Positions 1 through 10,048 of a stretch of 35,063 nt of DNA are shown here, piece by piece (within the stretch, counting starts at the first letter, position 1; each line of letters opens with the position of its first letter). Under the pieces are notes generated by a model. That model worked only from the letters and a program-made list of their open reading frames with translations, was not told the DNA's origin and ran no database searches. Source of the stretch: Candidatus Woesearchaeota archaeon (GTDB lineage Archaea; Nanobdellota; Nanobdellia; Woesearchaeales; GW2011-AR4). The position numbers and the translations under genes were made by a program. The stretch lies in contig JAZDMC010000052.1 in the NCBI GenBank assembly GCA_043801325.1, forward strand, positions 1 to 35,063, in the 5' to 3' direction.

Positions 1-344
1 TATTTCCTGTTTGCAAAAATAGTGTATGGAATCTCAATTGAATTATCAGAAATGTCCAAATTACCCTTGAATTTAATTTTTGATTTATTGTAGGTGTTAT
101 ATATTGTAGATAATTTTCTGTTTAATATCTTTGAAATTTCCCTGAATGATTTTTTTTCTGCTTCTTTCAGGTATTTTGTAACTATCTCTAAGCCAGAAAG
201 CTTTGCTTTGAAAGCAGAAATAGGAATTCCTGTTTTTTCAATTTTCAAGAACTGGTTGAGAATTTCCCGATTTTCTTTTTTACTTAATATGCTAACTAGT
301 TCAGAAATATGCCTAATAAGATTTTCCCTGTTTTTTTGGTCCAA
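1..344 (-). CDS. Hypothetical helix-turn-helix protein; C-terminus cut by the window edge; not in the supplied ORF track
   Basis: The minus-strand frame is open from 362 to position 1. Reading from TTG at 344-342 gives MDQKNRENLIRHISELVSILSKKENREILNQFLKIEKTGIPISAFKAKLSGLEIVTKYLKEAEKKSFREISKILNRKLSTIYNTYNKSKIKFKGNLDISDNSIEIPYTIFANRK. Composition is normal and there is an HTH-like stretch (SFREISKILNRKLSTIYNTY). The listed + ORF 94-366 is F/L/S-rich and looks like its antisense shadow. The start codon is uncertain. Confidence 0.45.
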   Translation of the reverse strand, partial: MDQKNRENLIRHISELVSILSKKENREILNQFLKIEKTGIPISAFKAKLSGLEIVTKYLKEAEKKSFREISKILNRKLSTIYNTYNKSKIKFKGNLDISDNSIEIPYTIFANRK

Positions 345-370
345 TTTATGGCATATTATTGCTTAACCAT

Positions 371-378
371 ATTTAAAT
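371..378 (-). promoter_or_regulatory. TATA-like box (ATTTAAAT) about 30 nt upstream of the partial HTH gene
   Basis: A palindromic AT box lies 27-34 nt upstream of the candidate TTG start at 344, which fits a leaderless archaeal promoter. The 21-bp repeats begin immediately upstream. Confidence 0.3.
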
Positions 379-437
379 GTTACTATTATGTAAACTAGTA
401 TTACTATTATGTAGACTAGTATTACTATTATGTAACC
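379..437. repeat. About 2.7 tandem copies of a 21-bp direct repeat (TACTATTATGTA[A/G]ACTAGTAT)
   Basis: The core TACTATTATGTA occurs at 381-392, 402-413 and 423-434, with exact 21-bp spacing. The first copy also forms the palindrome GTTAC-TATTAT-GTAAC. The repeats sit between the orc1/cdc6 stop (482) and the upstream side of the HTH gene. Confidence 0.85.
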
Positions 438-481
438 TTATACATCTAGAAAACCACAATTTTTAAAATTAGGTTAAAATA

Positions 482-1555
482 TTAGAACTCAGTCAATTTC
501 TTTGTTTCAGTTGCATATTTGACTATTGAAGTGTTTCCATCTGCACCGCCAGATGTTTTTTTTACGCTAATAAACTTATTTTTTTGGAGCTTGTCAATTT
601 TCCTCTGAAAAGACTTGTAGACTAATTCTCCACCCTGCTCTTTGTAAATGGTATATAATTCTCCAATCTTTTTTTCCGAATGCCTTTTTATTATGTCTAG
701 TATTGAGCGCTCGTCTTCTGTCAAGTCTGTGGATTTTTTAATTGTAAATTCGTTTATTTTTTTTGCTGCTTCTTCTGCATGCTCCAATGTTATTTTTCTT
801 GAAGACTTGTCTTCTGCAATGTTGCCAGCTTCCCTCATTAAATGCAGCCCTATCCTTATATCTCCTGTCTCAGCAGATTTTTTTACTATTAATTCAAAAG
901 CATCATCGTCAAAGACGTCTGGCGCAAATGCATACCCTACGCGCTGTTTCAGGACATCTCTTGTTTCTGCAAGGTTGTATGGCTTAAATTCAAGAGATTC
1001 TGGCAATAACCTGGATTTTACCCTATTATCCATGTCATCAAGCCATTCCTTGTCGTTTGTGACCAGAAGAATGGATTTTTTGTATATTTCTTCAAGAATA
1101 GCATACAGGAAATCAACTTCTTCCAGCTTATCGACTTCGTCAAAAGCAAAAACAGCAGATTTTTTGTTCAGCATATTTTTTACTACCTGGAACAATTCCT
1201 CTGTCCTTTTGTTATGCGTCAATCTATAGCCTAACTGTTCGCATATGTCTGCAACAATCTTGAATGTGGAGTTTTTCTGCCAGCAGTTTACATAGATTGG
1301 CACAACTTCATCTGTTTCCTCTTCAAGCTCATTAAGAACAAACCTTAGTGCAGCTGTTTTTCCAATTCCAGGTGCGCCGTAAATGAAAAGGTTTTTCCCG
1401 TTTTTTTCTGACAACAATGGTTTTATGATTGCTGCTATGTATCTTTGCTGCTTTTCCCTATGAGGCAGAATTTTAGGCAGGAAACTATAATCTAACGCTA
1501 ACTCGTTCTTGAACAAAGATTCATCTGAATGCAAAATATCCTTGAATAACGCCAT
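482..1555 (-). CDS. cdc6: ORC1-type DNA replication protein (Orc1/Cdc6)
   Basis: 357 aa. AAA+ Walker A GAPGIGKT, Walker B VFAFDEVD, then a C-terminal winged-helix-like region. Length and architecture are typical of archaeal Orc1/Cdc6. Confidence 0.95.
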   Translation of the reverse strand: MALFKDILHSDESLFKNELALDYSFLPKILPHREKQQRYIAAIIKPLLSEKNGKNLFIYGAPGIGKTAALRFVLNELEEETDEVVPIYVNCWQKNSTFKIVADICEQLGYRLTHNKRTEELFQVVKNMLNKKSAVFAFDEVDKLEEVDFLYAILEEIYKKSILLVTNDKEWLDDMDNRVKSRLLPESLEFKPYNLAETRDVLKQRVGYAFAPDVFDDDAFELIVKKSAETGDIRIGLHLMREAGNIAEDKSSRKITLEHAEEAAKKINEFTIKKSTDLTEDERSILDIIKRHSEKKIGELYTIYKEQGGELVYKSFQRKIDKLQKNKFISVKKTSGGADGNTSIVKYATETKKLTEF

Positions 1556-1632
1556 AAAACACCCCTCACTAAATTGTTTTGTATAGAACTATATAAAAAC
1601 TTTACCTTAAAAAATAATAGAAAACAAAAGAT

Positions 1633-1941
1633 TTACTCAGCTACGCATTCCCTATTACTGCATGTTTCTCCTGAATCACAGCCGCAAAGCTCGCAATAAT
1701 TAACTAAGTCTCCGTTGAAGCAGAATTTTGGCTTGGTTATAGAGGAGCATTCTCCATAAAAACTTCCATCAGCGCATGTTCCTTGTTCGTTTGGTTCTAT
1801 ATCAAAAACAGCGTAGTCTGATTGTTTTTCTTTGACTGCAAAACCTGCTGTTTTTGGCTCTCCTGTAAGGAAGCCCAGGACAACAACAAACATAAATATG
1901 AGAAGCAGAACACCATAATAATTTGCGTTTTGGTTAACCAT
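1633..1941 (-). CDS. Small membrane-anchored or secreted cysteine-rich protein
   Basis: N-terminal hydrophobic helix (YYGVLLLIFMFVVVLGFL). The C-terminal module has eight Cys: C-x8-C-x8-C-x8-C-x2-C-x-C-x5-C-x4-C. Confidence 0.6.
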   Translation of the reverse strand: MVNQNANYYGVLLLIFMFVVVLGFLTGEPKTAGFAVKEKQSDYAVFDIEPNEQGTCADGSFYGECSSITKPKFCFNGDLVNYCELCGCDSGETCSNRECVAE

Positions 1942-1997
1942 AAGGTATATTTAATAAAAAGAGTTTAAATAAGTTTCGTTTTAGAGTTTAAGTAAAT

Positions 1998-3275
1998 TTA
2001 ATTTTTCCCTAAAACCTTTATCCCATTCATGTAAGGCAATAAAGCAGCAGGTACTTTAATTGTTCCGTCTTTCTGCTGGTAGTTTTCCAATATTCCCCTT
2101 AAAGTTCTTGAGGTTGCTATTGCAGTGCTGTTTAAAGTATGCACAAAGTCTTTTTCTTGCCCTTTTTGATATTTTATATTAAGCCTTGTTGCCTGGTAAG
2201 ATGTGCAGTTTGAACATGAGACTACTTCCTTGTATTCTTTTTCCCTGGGCATGTAAACATCTAAATCATATTTTTTTGCTGCAACTGTCCCTATGTCACC
2301 AGTGCAGATGCTTACAACTCTGTAAGGCAGTTTTAATTTTTTGTAAAGCTCTTCTGCATTTGTGATTAGTTCCTCAAAAAATTTCCAGGAATCTTCCGGC
2401 TTGCAGAAGATAAACTGCTCAACTTTGTTGAATTGATGCACCCTGAATAAGCCTTTTTCATCCAATCCATGAGAGCCAATTTCTTTCCTAAAGCACGGGC
2501 TTATGCCAACAAACTTTTTTGGCAGGTCTGATTCATTAAAGACCTTATCTGAGCACAATGCCCCTATTGCATGCTCTGATGTTGCTATCAAGTATAAATC
2601 TTCATTGTCAATCTTGTACATCATTGTCTCAAAATCACCTAAATCAGTAACGCCTTCATACTGCTTTCTTCTTATCATCAATGGAGGTTCTGTTAGTGTA
2701 AATCCTTTTTTCATCAAATTGTCGATTGCAAACCTCTGCAATGCTAAGTCCATTAGAGCTAATTCATCAAATAAGTAATAAAAGCCGCGGCCAGAAACTT
2801 TTGCTGCAGTGTCAAAATCTCCAAGTTTTAAATATTCTATTATTTCCCCATGGGACTTTAATTTAAATGGTGGTTTTTTTATTTCTCCCCATTTTCTCAG
2901 AACTTTGTTTTCAGTCTCATCTTTTCCTACTGGAACAGATTTATCAAGAACGTTTGGGATGCGCATGAGGTAATATTTTATCTCTTTCTGTAGCTTTTCA
3001 ACCTCTTCTGTAAGCTTTTTTACTTTTTCAGGCAGCTCCTTGGCTTCCTTTATCTTTTCTTTTGCATCTTTGCCTTGTTTTTTTAATTGCCCAACCTCAT
3101 CAGAAAGAATGTTTCTTTTATGCCTTAATTCCTGCTCCTGCTTCAATAAAACGAGGTATTCATCATGCTTCTTAATAACTATATCTACCCATTTTAGCTT
3201 TTCTAAGTCATTTCTTTTCTTTAAGTCTGCTGTTACAATATCCTGGTTTTCCTTGATGAATTTTATTGGGAGCAT
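1998..3275 (-). CDS. serS: Seryl-tRNA synthetase
   Basis: N-terminal coiled-coil arm plus a class II core (FRKEIGSHG, RVHQFNKVEQ, TAIATSRTLRGILENYQ). I prefer the start at MLPIKFIKEN (3275). It abuts the lonB stop at 3278, whereas the track start at 3326 would overlap lonB by 49 nt. Confidence 0.93.
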   Translation of the reverse strand: MLPIKFIKENQDIVTADLKKRNDLEKLKWVDIVIKKHDEYLVLLKQEQELRHKRNILSDEVGQLKKQGKDAKEKIKEAKELPEKVKKLTEEVEKLQKEIKYYLMRIPNVLDKSVPVGKDETENKVLRKWGEIKKPPFKLKSHGEIIEYLKLGDFDTAAKVSGRGFYYLFDELALMDLALQRFAIDNLMKKGFTLTEPPLMIRRKQYEGVTDLGDFETMMYKIDNEDLYLIATSEHAIGALCSDKVFNESDLPKKFVGISPCFRKEIGSHGLDEKGLFRVHQFNKVEQFIFCKPEDSWKFFEELITNAEELYKKLKLPYRVVSICTGDIGTVAAKKYDLDVYMPREKEYKEVVSCSNCTSYQATRLNIKYQKGQEKDFVHTLNSTAIATSRTLRGILENYQQKDGTIKVPAALLPYMNGIKVLGKN

Positions 3276-3277
3276 AT

Positions 3278-5200
3278 TTAATTCTTTCTTAATATCTTTT
3301 TTAATATTTTCTCTTTTCCTTTCCAATCCAATGCTTCTTTTAAGACTTCTCCTATCGTGTCTACCGGTATTATTTTGACTTGATTTAGTTTCTGTATTGG
3401 GACTATTATATCCTTGAAATTTGATTTTGGAACTATTACAGTTTTTATTCCTGCTTCTATTGCTGCCTCTACTTTTGAAGTTACTCCACCTACAGGCAAT
3501 ACTTCTCCACGTACAGATAACGAGCCAGTCATTGCAGTGTCTTGCTTGACAGGAATGTTCTTGAATGCTGATATTATTGCTGTTGCAACTGCTATGCTTG
3601 CACTGTCTCCTTCAACACCTTCATGTGTCTGTAAGAATTGAACATACAAATCATAAGTTTCCTTTATGTCAGTGCCAAAATATTTCTTTATAATTGCAGA
3701 TACATTCTTAATAGCTTCCTTAGCTATATCTCCTAACTTTCCTGTAGCTATTATTTCTGATTCTTTTCCACCAGGAGTCACTTCTGCTTCTATTGGCAGA
3801 ATAATGCCGGAATATGGTGGTGTAACGCCAATAACAGCTAAACCATTAACGCGGCCAACTTTTTTTCCTGTTGTAACAATAACCGCATATTCTTTTTTTT
3901 GCTCGATATATTTGTCAGCAATCTGCTGTTCTAAGGTTCTTGCCAGATTTTTTGCATCTCTTACATGTTTTTCTGTGACTAAATCTGCTTTTTGCTCTTT
4001 AGCTAAATCTCCTGCTGCACGAATTAAACCACCTAAATCCCTTAATCTTAAAGTTAAATGACCTTTTCTGTCTGCTCGTCTTTTTGCTTCCTCTATTATT
4101 TCATCAACTGCTTCTTTAGAGAAATGGGGTATTTTTCCGTCTTTTACAATTTCCTGAGCTGTAAATACTGCAATTTTATTTCTATTTTCTTCTGTGTCTG
4201 GGAAAGTTTCTTTCATATATACTTCATATCCATAACCCCTTATTCTTGAACGTAATGCTGGGTGCATGTGCTTTACTGTCTCATAATTGCCTGCTGCTAT
4301 AAGGATGAAATCACATGGTACTGGCTCAGTACGTACCATTGCGCCTGCTGATCTTTCTGATTGTCCTGTAATTGAGAACTTCTTTTCCTGCATTGCTGAT
4401 AATAATTCCTGCTGGGTTGCTGGTTCTAATGTTGCTATTTCATCTATAAATAAAACTCCCATGTGTGCTTTGTGAATCATTCCTGCTACAACTCTTTCAT
4501 GCGCTGGTGTTCCTAAACCTCCAGACTGGAATGGGTCATGCAGAACATCTCCCACTAATGCGCCTGCATGCGCTCCTGTCGCATCATAGAATGGTGCTTG
4601 CTTTTTTTTGAAATTATCAACAATAACTTTTGGTATTCTTACTTTGTTGTCTATTCTTTTGTTTAAGTTAAGGAAGATTACGAAAGCTGCTAAAAACATC
4701 ATCCCTCCAAGAAAGAATGCTGTAAACATTATGTCTGATTTGTAGTAAGAACGAACCCACCAAGGCGCAAACATTGCAATCAAGACAAGAATAAACATGA
4801 TTATGTTCTGATTTTTAAACATGTTCATGCCTTGAACGCGAGCTCTAGCAACTAAATTTCTGCCCTGGCCAGCCGGAATTGTCCTTATCATAGGAGCATT
4901 TTCATCATTAGGGTTTGGGAAAGAAACTATATCAACAAGCTTTTCTTTTGGCAGAAGTTCTGCTAAAGCCAAGCCTAGCATGCTTTTTCCTGTTCCCGGC
5001 TCTCCAATCAATAGAACATTTCTTCTCTGCTCAGCTGATTTTTTAATAACTTCAACTGCTTCGTCCTGGCCTAGAATCTGGTCAACAAGATTTGCTGGTA
5101 TTTTTATGTCTGCAGTTGATTTGTAGTTTTTTGGTATTTTAGCTGCAACATCTGCTGTAGAAATGACTTTTTCTTTTGCCTTTGCAGGTTTTTTGGGCAT
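3278..5200 (-). CDS. lonB: Archaeal membrane-bound Lon protease (LonB type)
   Basis: Walker A GEPGTGKS. Two transmembrane helices are inserted in the AAA+ domain ([16 protein letters not shown] and [16 protein letters not shown]). Walker B LFIDEI. The C-terminal Lon protease domain has catalytic-Ser context GDSASIAVA. Confidence 0.95.
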   Translation of the reverse strand: MPKKPAKAKEKVISTADVAAKIPKNYKSTADIKIPANLVDQILGQDEAVEVIKKSAEQRRNVLLIGEPGTGKSMLGLALAELLPKEKLVDIVSFPNPNDENAPMIRTIPAGQGRNLVARARVQGMNMFKNQNIIMFILVLIAMFAPWWVRSYYKSDIMFTAFFLGGMMFLAAFVIFLNLNKRIDNKVRIPKVIVDNFKKKQAPFYDATGAHAGALVGDVLHDPFQSGGLGTPAHERVVAGMIHKAHMGVLFIDEIATLEPATQQELLSAMQEKKFSITGQSERSAGAMVRTEPVPCDFILIAAGNYETVKHMHPALRSRIRGYGYEVYMKETFPDTEENRNKIAVFTAQEIVKDGKIPHFSKEAVDEIIEEAKRRADRKGHLTLRLRDLGGLIRAAGDLAKEQKADLVTEKHVRDAKNLARTLEQQIADKYIEQKKEYAVIVTTGKKVGRVNGLAVIGVTPPYSGIILPIEAEVTPGGKESEIIATGKLGDIAKEAIKNVSAIIKKYFGTDIKETYDLYVQFLQTHEGVEGDSASIAVATAIISAFKNIPVKQDTAMTGSLSVRGEVLPVGGVTSKVEAAIEAGIKTVIVPKSNFKDIIVPIQKLNQVKIIPVDTIGEVLKEALDWKGKEKILKKILRKN

Positions 5201-5234
5201 AGTTTTAGGGGTGTATGGGGAATATAAAAAGGTT

Positions 5235-5253
5235 TTGGAACTGTAAGTTCCAA
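5235..5253 (-). terminator. Hairpin (TTGGAAC-N5-GTTCCAA) followed by a T5 run on the minus strand
   Basis: A 7-bp perfect inverted repeat lies downstream of the 5328 stop. A second hairpin sits at 5262-5277. The T-run overlaps the probable lonB TATA region, so the role is ambiguous. Confidence 0.3.
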
Positions 5254-5327
5254 ATACCCCAGGAAAATTTATTTTCCGCTGGGTTGTGGTTGAGTTTAAA
5301 GTATAAAAAACAAAATAACATGCAGAA

Positions 5328-6485
5328 TTATTTTTTCCTTTTTATGAATTCAGCACTTCTTCTCCAATATATTAATGCCCTTCCATAGTCAAATACTCCT
5401 TCTCCGCCTCTTAGGCTAATAAGCGGCGCGAATCCTAATTGTCTGCAGCTTTTTATGTATTCATCTATAAAAGTAGGAACATTCATTTTGGAAATTTCTT
5501 CAATGAAGAGTGGATTCTGGTGGCTGTACAGAATAAAATAGACCATATGAGCTCCAACTGAATAAGAAACATTCTCCATCCACTCCATCTCTTGGGTTAA
5601 TTCTTCAAAAATTAAACGAAATTCCTCTATTTCATCAGGTGTTCGACTACGCATTAGATTCCTCTCTTCTTGAACTTGAAGTTTTTGTTGCTGGAGGATA
5701 TTATAAAGTTTTTTTCTGAAATTAAAAATGACCTCTAATGCTTCTTCATAGTTTTTTTTCATTCTTTCAGGTTCAAATTTATATTGCTGCATATTTTCCA
5801 TATACATTGCAATCCCTTCAATAAATGTTAGCTCAATAAAATTCCTAAGCATTAGATATACATCTTTCCATACCTCTAACCACCTTTTTTCCAGTATTTC
5901 AGTAAATTGTTCATTTTTCTTTATTCTAAGAAATCTAGCTATGTTCTGTTTAGTGGCTTCTTTAAGTATAGTATATTTTTTTAAGGAACGCTCTGCTTTA
6001 ATTCTTGCTTTTTTTCTTAATTTTAAAAATTCTGATTGATTTTTGTGCCATAGATGCGTCCCTTCATGCATCATAGTCTTATTTAATTGTTCAATAAAAA
6101 GATTTATGCAATGTTGATTTAGTCTTCCAGTAATAAAATATCCTATTTCCTGCTCAGATAGTTGATTATTGGTAATAACGCCTATCGCTAAAATATCTAT
6201 GCATAATTTAATTTCAGGCAATTTTTTTCCCGGGTCTATTCCCCCTAATGACACTGGGATAGGCAAATTTTTTAGTTCGCTGATAGTGTGTTTTTCAAAT
6301 ACATTCCCCTTGAATTCTGATACAAGATTTATTTTTAATTTTGGAAAATTAAATGGAGGATATATTTCTACTAACTGCAAACATGCTCTTATTGCAAGTT
6401 CTGAGAAAGTATCAGGCAATTTATTGTTAACATCAAACTCAACTTCCCTTGAGCCAAAATGGAATTTCTTTTTGTATTTAGGCAT
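5328..6485 (-). CDS. Putative zinc metallopeptidase (HExxH; MA-clan-like)
   Basis: The HExxH motif sits in [10 protein letters not shown], with an EGIAMY motif roughly 80 residues downstream. This resembles the HExxH...EG(L/I)A.Y pattern of Peptidase_MA_2-like proteins. The rest of the protein is unrecognised. Confidence 0.5.
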   Translation of the reverse strand: MPKYKKKFHFGSREVEFDVNNKLPDTFSELAIRACLQLVEIYPPFNFPKLKINLVSEFKGNVFEKHTISELKNLPIPVSLGGIDPGKKLPEIKLCIDILAIGVITNNQLSEQEIGYFITGRLNQHCINLFIEQLNKTMMHEGTHLWHKNQSEFLKLRKKARIKAERSLKKYTILKEATKQNIARFLRIKKNEQFTEILEKRWLEVWKDVYLMLRNFIELTFIEGIAMYMENMQQYKFEPERMKKNYEEALEVIFNFRKKLYNILQQQKLQVQEERNLMRSRTPDEIEEFRLIFEELTQEMEWMENVSYSVGAHMVYFILYSHQNPLFIEEISKMNVPTFIDEYIKSCRQLGFAPLISLRGGEGVFDYGRALIYWRRSAEFIKRKK

Positions 6486-6534
6486 GCATTCAATTTATTT
6501 TATTATAGATTTATAATATTTGTGATTATTAAAT

Positions 6535-7752
6535 TTATAGAACAAAAAACAAAATAACAGGCAGCATTAAACAACCCATGCTATGGCTTCTTTTGACATT
6601 TATGATGTTTGGAATGATTCCAATGCCTGTTGCTACGATTAAGATTAATAATCCTAACCAGGATGAGAAATAAAAAACTAATATTGTAATTAATAAAATT
6701 ACAAAGATGCAGAGCATTGAATAATTAACTTTTTCTACAAGTTTAACAAAGACTCTTGTTAAAATTAATGCTAAGAAAGTTGCTATTCCAGCTACAAATA
6801 ATGATGCTGATAAAAATAACATTAAAGTGTTTAAGTCAATTGATGTCAGAAGTTCTCTAATTGCTAATACTGCTCCATTTCTTGCTTTGTTGATTGTGTA
6901 TAAGGAAACTAATGAAACTGCCATGTTTACTGTGTTAATGCTGCCTATTAAGATTAAAAAAGAATAATTGCTTAGCTTGCCCATTATGCTGCTTCCAAGA
7001 ATAGCTGCTTGTGCTGGTCCTAAACCCGGAAAAAAGCTTACAAAACTTCCGGAAAATGTTCCTGCAATTAAAGCCCTTATATTTTCAAATTTTGGAATTT
7101 TTATAGATTCTGTAATGTATTGTTTTGGGATTTCAACTTTATTTGATAAACTGACTATTAACATGCTTATACCGAATAGTCCAGATAATAATGGAAATAA
7201 TGGCTGTTTCAAATTAGGCATTGTCAAGACTATTATTCCTAAAACTCCTGCCATTAAGAAAACTGAAAATGCCCAGAATTTTTTATCTAAACCTTTTTCA
7301 ATCAAAATCATATACAAAACAACTGCTAACAATATCCACCCAATAAATGGCTGTAAAGTTTCATAAATATTTGGAACAATAATAATAAACAATGGAAATA
7401 ATATTAAAGCAAGAATTAAACTAAATAAAGAACCAATAACTGTTAATTTAACTGCTTCATAACCCCTTCCTTGGAGCAATAATTTATGTCCTGGCAAAAC
7501 TCCCATAGCTGTATCTGCATCTGGCGCTCCAAGAAATATTGCTGGAAGCACGTCTAGGAATGTATGTGTGATTGCCATTGATATAATGAAAACTCCTAAA
7601 GAAGGCAATGAAAAAATATCCAGCAAATAAACTGATGAGCTTACAACCAATAAGCTCACTAAATTAATATGAATTCCTGGAATAAGGCCTGTGAAAATTC
7701 CAGCAGTTATCCCAAGCAAAGATGCTATTAAAAATTCTAGGAACATTCGCAA
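6535..7752 (-). CDS. Polytopic membrane protein, TctA/DUF112-like
   Basis: 405 aa with at least 10 predicted TM helices. The motifs GLIPGIHINL and FPGLGPAQAA recall the tripartite tricarboxylate transporter TctA family. Confidence 0.55.
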   Translation of the reverse strand: MRMFLEFLIASLLGITAGIFTGLIPGIHINLVSLLVVSSSVYLLDIFSLPSLGVFIISMAITHTFLDVLPAIFLGAPDADTAMGVLPGHKLLLQGRGYEAVKLTVIGSLFSLILALILFPLFIIIVPNIYETLQPFIGWILLAVVLYMILIEKGLDKKFWAFSVFLMAGVLGIIVLTMPNLKQPLFPLLSGLFGISMLIVSLSNKVEIPKQYITESIKIPKFENIRALIAGTFSGSFVSFFPGLGPAQAAILGSSIMGKLSNYSFLILIGSINTVNMAVSLVSLYTINKARNGAVLAIRELLTSIDLNTLMLFLSASLFVAGIATFLALILTRVFVKLVEKVNYSMLCIFVILLITILVFYFSSWLGLLILIVATGIGIIPNIINVKRSHSMGCLMLPVILFFVL

Positions 7753-7775
7753 AGATTTAACTAAGTTGTTTATAT

Positions 7776-8276
7776 TTATTTATCTATAATTGCTGCAATA
7801 ACCATCAAAACAGTATTTACAGGAAATATGCTTACTGCATTTATTGGGATAAGGCATTTTGTTGCACCAATGCCCCCAAAAATATATTTAAAATTTCCTG
7901 TATCACGAGCCAGGATAAAAAAAACTAGAAAGCTCCCTACTGCAGCAATAAAATCAAGAACTCCTGGTGATGCAATTGCCATTAAGTCTATTATGTCCAT
8001 AATTACTGCAAAGGGTATTTTCCATGCGTCTTGAATAAAATCCAAAAAAATTGCTATTGCTGCTGTTAAAATGAAAAATAAGATTAAAATAATTAAGGGG
8101 TTTGCAATAAAAAAGTGTGTGAATATATTGTCAGAAATATAGTTTTTTAACGTTTCACTCATAATAGAATTTAGGTTTTCCAGAAAGTTTGTAAATGCGT
8201 TATCCGGCAGGTGATCAAAAACAGATTTTATGATTTCATTTTCAAGTTCTGATATCTGGGTTGAATTTATTGCCAT
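7776..8276 (-). CDS. Hypothetical membrane protein
   Basis: 166 aa. Soluble N-terminal segment followed by about 4 hydrophobic helices. No recognisable motif. Confidence 0.5.
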   Translation of the reverse strand: MAINSTQISELENEIIKSVFDHLPDNAFTNFLENLNSIMSETLKNYISDNIFTHFFIANPLIILILFFILTAAIAIFLDFIQDAWKIPFAVIMDIIDLMAIASPGVLDFIAAVGSFLVFFILARDTGNFKYIFGGIGATKCLIPINAVSIFPVNTVLMVIAAIIDK

Positions 8277-8372
8277 ATTAAAAGAATACCTTAATTTAAT
8301 CTTTATAATAATTTCTATTATGAGATTTTATAAGTAAACATTTTGTAACACAAATAATGAATATTAAAAATA

Positions 8373-8726
8373 TTACCTTACAACTCTTACCCTATCCGCA
8401 ATAATCTCCATTTTTCCTTTGTACTCATCAACCTTGCCAATTACTTCTATTTCATTGCCTGTGTAAATAGGCATTGATTTGTTTTCATCTTTAAACATGA
8501 CAACTGTTATTTGCTGGGGCTGTGTTATTTCCATTATTACAACTTTTTCAGTATCTACAACATTGCTTACAATGCCTTTTAGCTTTATAAACTCATCCTT
8601 GTTGTCTAATGTGATTTTTTCAATGTTTTTTTCCTTTATTTCCATATTGCCGGAGATTAAGTAGAGAAATAATATGCCTAGTAAAGAACATATAAGTGCT
8701 ACCTTAAGAAGTGTTTTTTCCTTCAT
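8373..8726 (-). CDS. Membrane-anchored OB-fold-like protein
   Basis: N-terminal TM helix (LLKVALICSLLGILFLYLI), then a beta-rich segment resembling OB-fold domains (IKLKGIVSNV...IEVIGKVDEYKGKMEI). Confidence 0.5.
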   Translation of the reverse strand: MKEKTLLKVALICSLLGILFLYLISGNMEIKEKNIEKITLDNKDEFIKLKGIVSNVVDTEKVVIMEITQPQQITVVMFKDENKSMPIYTGNEIEVIGKVDEYKGKMEIIADRVRVVR

Positions 8727-8776
8727 ATTTTTTAGAAATGGTAACCTTTTTAAATTAATTGCCTTTCCTTTTGGCT

Positions 8777-9034
8777 ATGCAAGGCACAATTGTAAATTTT
8801 AGAAGGGGGAGAACCACACAAACAACAAACCATATGATTGTTAATGTCAATAGTGTGGACAGCAAGGAAAAAGCTGCTAAATTAGTAGGCAAGATTACAG
8901 TATGGAAAAGCCCTGCAGGAAAAGAGCTGAAAGGCAAAGTTGCCAGCGCGCATGGAAACAAGGGTGCTGTAAGGGTAATTTTTGAGACAGGAATGCCTGG
9001 GCAATCTATTGGCCAAAAGGTAAATATTGAGTGA
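8777..9034 (+). CDS. rpl35ae: 50S ribosomal protein L35Ae (eL33)
   Basis: MQGTIVNFRRGRTTQTTNHMIV...GKITVWKSPAGKELKGKVASAHGNKGAVRVIFETGMPGQSIGQKV matches the L35Ae pattern. I prefer the ATG at 8777 over the TTG at 8759. The minus ORF 8755-9039 is a shadow. Confidence 0.85.
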   Translation: MQGTIVNFRRGRTTQTTNHMIVNVNSVDSKEKAAKLVGKITVWKSPAGKELKGKVASAHGNKGAVRVIFETGMPGQSIGQKVNIE

Positions 9035-9118
9035 TTCATTAATTAATTCTTGTGCAGATTGTTGAAAATGACAGAATAGTAAGAAATTTTTAAATAGGTA
9101 CTGCTATTAGCATTATAA

Positions 9119-10033
9119 ATGAACATTAAAAAAGCAATGCGAGTAGCAGTTCCAGTTGTAGCTACTTTCACTATTATCGGTGCTTCATGGGGTGTTTTTA
9201 ATTATTCGGATGGAATGTATAAAGAATCCTATTCAAGTTTACAACAATATGGAGACAGAAAGATAGAGATGCCTTATAATGCTAGCCAAGATAATTATAA
9301 GATTGTTCCCTATGAAATAAAAAAAGATGCTGATAGTTTGGTAGCAAGACTTAATGATGGGAAAGATGCAACACATACTGATTATGAATCTGTTCTTAAA
9401 TTATTATCTGCTGTAGAAGGGAAAGACATTGTAATGTTTATAACTTCTGGCGGGCTTGGAAAAACTCCCTTGGATAAGCAAAAAGGATGGAACACTGTTA
9501 TAGAAGGAACTAAATCTGTATTAAATGATATGGGTTATAATACATTAATAGTAGAATACAGGAGAACTGAACCAAATTTGCAGCAGTTTATTGGAGAATT
9601 AATAACTGGCTTCGAGTCTGGAGCAGAGGATTTATCATTTACAATAAATTTTCTACAAAAGTATTACCCTAATCTCAAATTTGTAATGGAAAGTGAAAGT
9701 TTTGGTGCTATGCTTAATAATACAGCTATGAAATTTTTTGTTGATAATCAGAATGTTTACTCCATTCAAGCAGGAATTCTTGAAATTCCTAAATTAAGTG
9801 AAAATTATGCACCAAATAACACCTTAAGAATTAATGATAATGGTATTGAACCTGATTCTTTAAATGATATGAATATTCCGTATATAGTATTTAACAATCT
9901 AAAGAATTTAAATGAAATACTACAAGACTGGAAAAAAATAGAAGTTCCTGGTCATCGTTACAGCTGGGATTTAAAAGAAGTTAGGAATGAAATTACATCT
10001 TATCTCAATAATGTATTTGGGCAACTAAATTAA
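9119..10033 (+). CDS. Hypothetical signal-anchored extracytoplasmic protein
   Basis: N-terminal hydrophobic anchor (VAVPVVATFTIIGASWGVF) and an approximately 270 aa soluble domain. SESFG could be a degenerate nucleophile elbow, but this is not secure. Confidence 0.55.
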   Translation: MNIKKAMRVAVPVVATFTIIGASWGVFNYSDGMYKESYSSLQQYGDRKIEMPYNASQDNYKIVPYEIKKDADSLVARLNDGKDATHTDYESVLKLLSAVEGKDIVMFITSGGLGKTPLDKQKGWNTVIEGTKSVLNDMGYNTLIVEYRRTEPNLQQFIGELITGFESGAEDLSFTINFLQKYYPNLKFVMESESFGAMLNNTAMKFFVDNQNVYSIQAGILEIPKLSENYAPNNTLRINDNGIEPDSLNDMNIPYIVFNNLKNLNEILQDWKKIEVPGHRYSWDLKEVRNEITSYLNNVFGQLN

Positions 10034-10048
10034 AATAGAAGCAAGTGG

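Noticed and set aside
648-1229. Long + strand ORFs inside the orc1/cdc6 gene (648-1229 and 763-987), and similar antisense ORFs at 2503-2778, 3040-3378, 3414-4475, 6169-6516, 6968-7366, 10878-11447, 15111-16124, 20006-20338, 23335-23586 and 32138-32518
   Set aside because: All lie antisense to genes with clear conserved motifs. They have skewed S/F/L/I/C-rich composition typical of shadow frames in AT-rich DNA.
3276-3326. 17-residue N-terminal extension of serS overlapping lonB
   Set aside because: SerRS homology starts at MLPIKFIKEN. The ATG at 3275 sits 2 nt downstream (in the direction of transcription) of the lonB stop codon at 3278-3280, giving a compact non-overlapping arrangement.
8755-9039. 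94-aa minus-strand ORF opposite rpl35ae
   Set aside because: The + frame encodes a recognisable L35Ae. The minus ORF is hydrophobic, low-complexity and a shadow.
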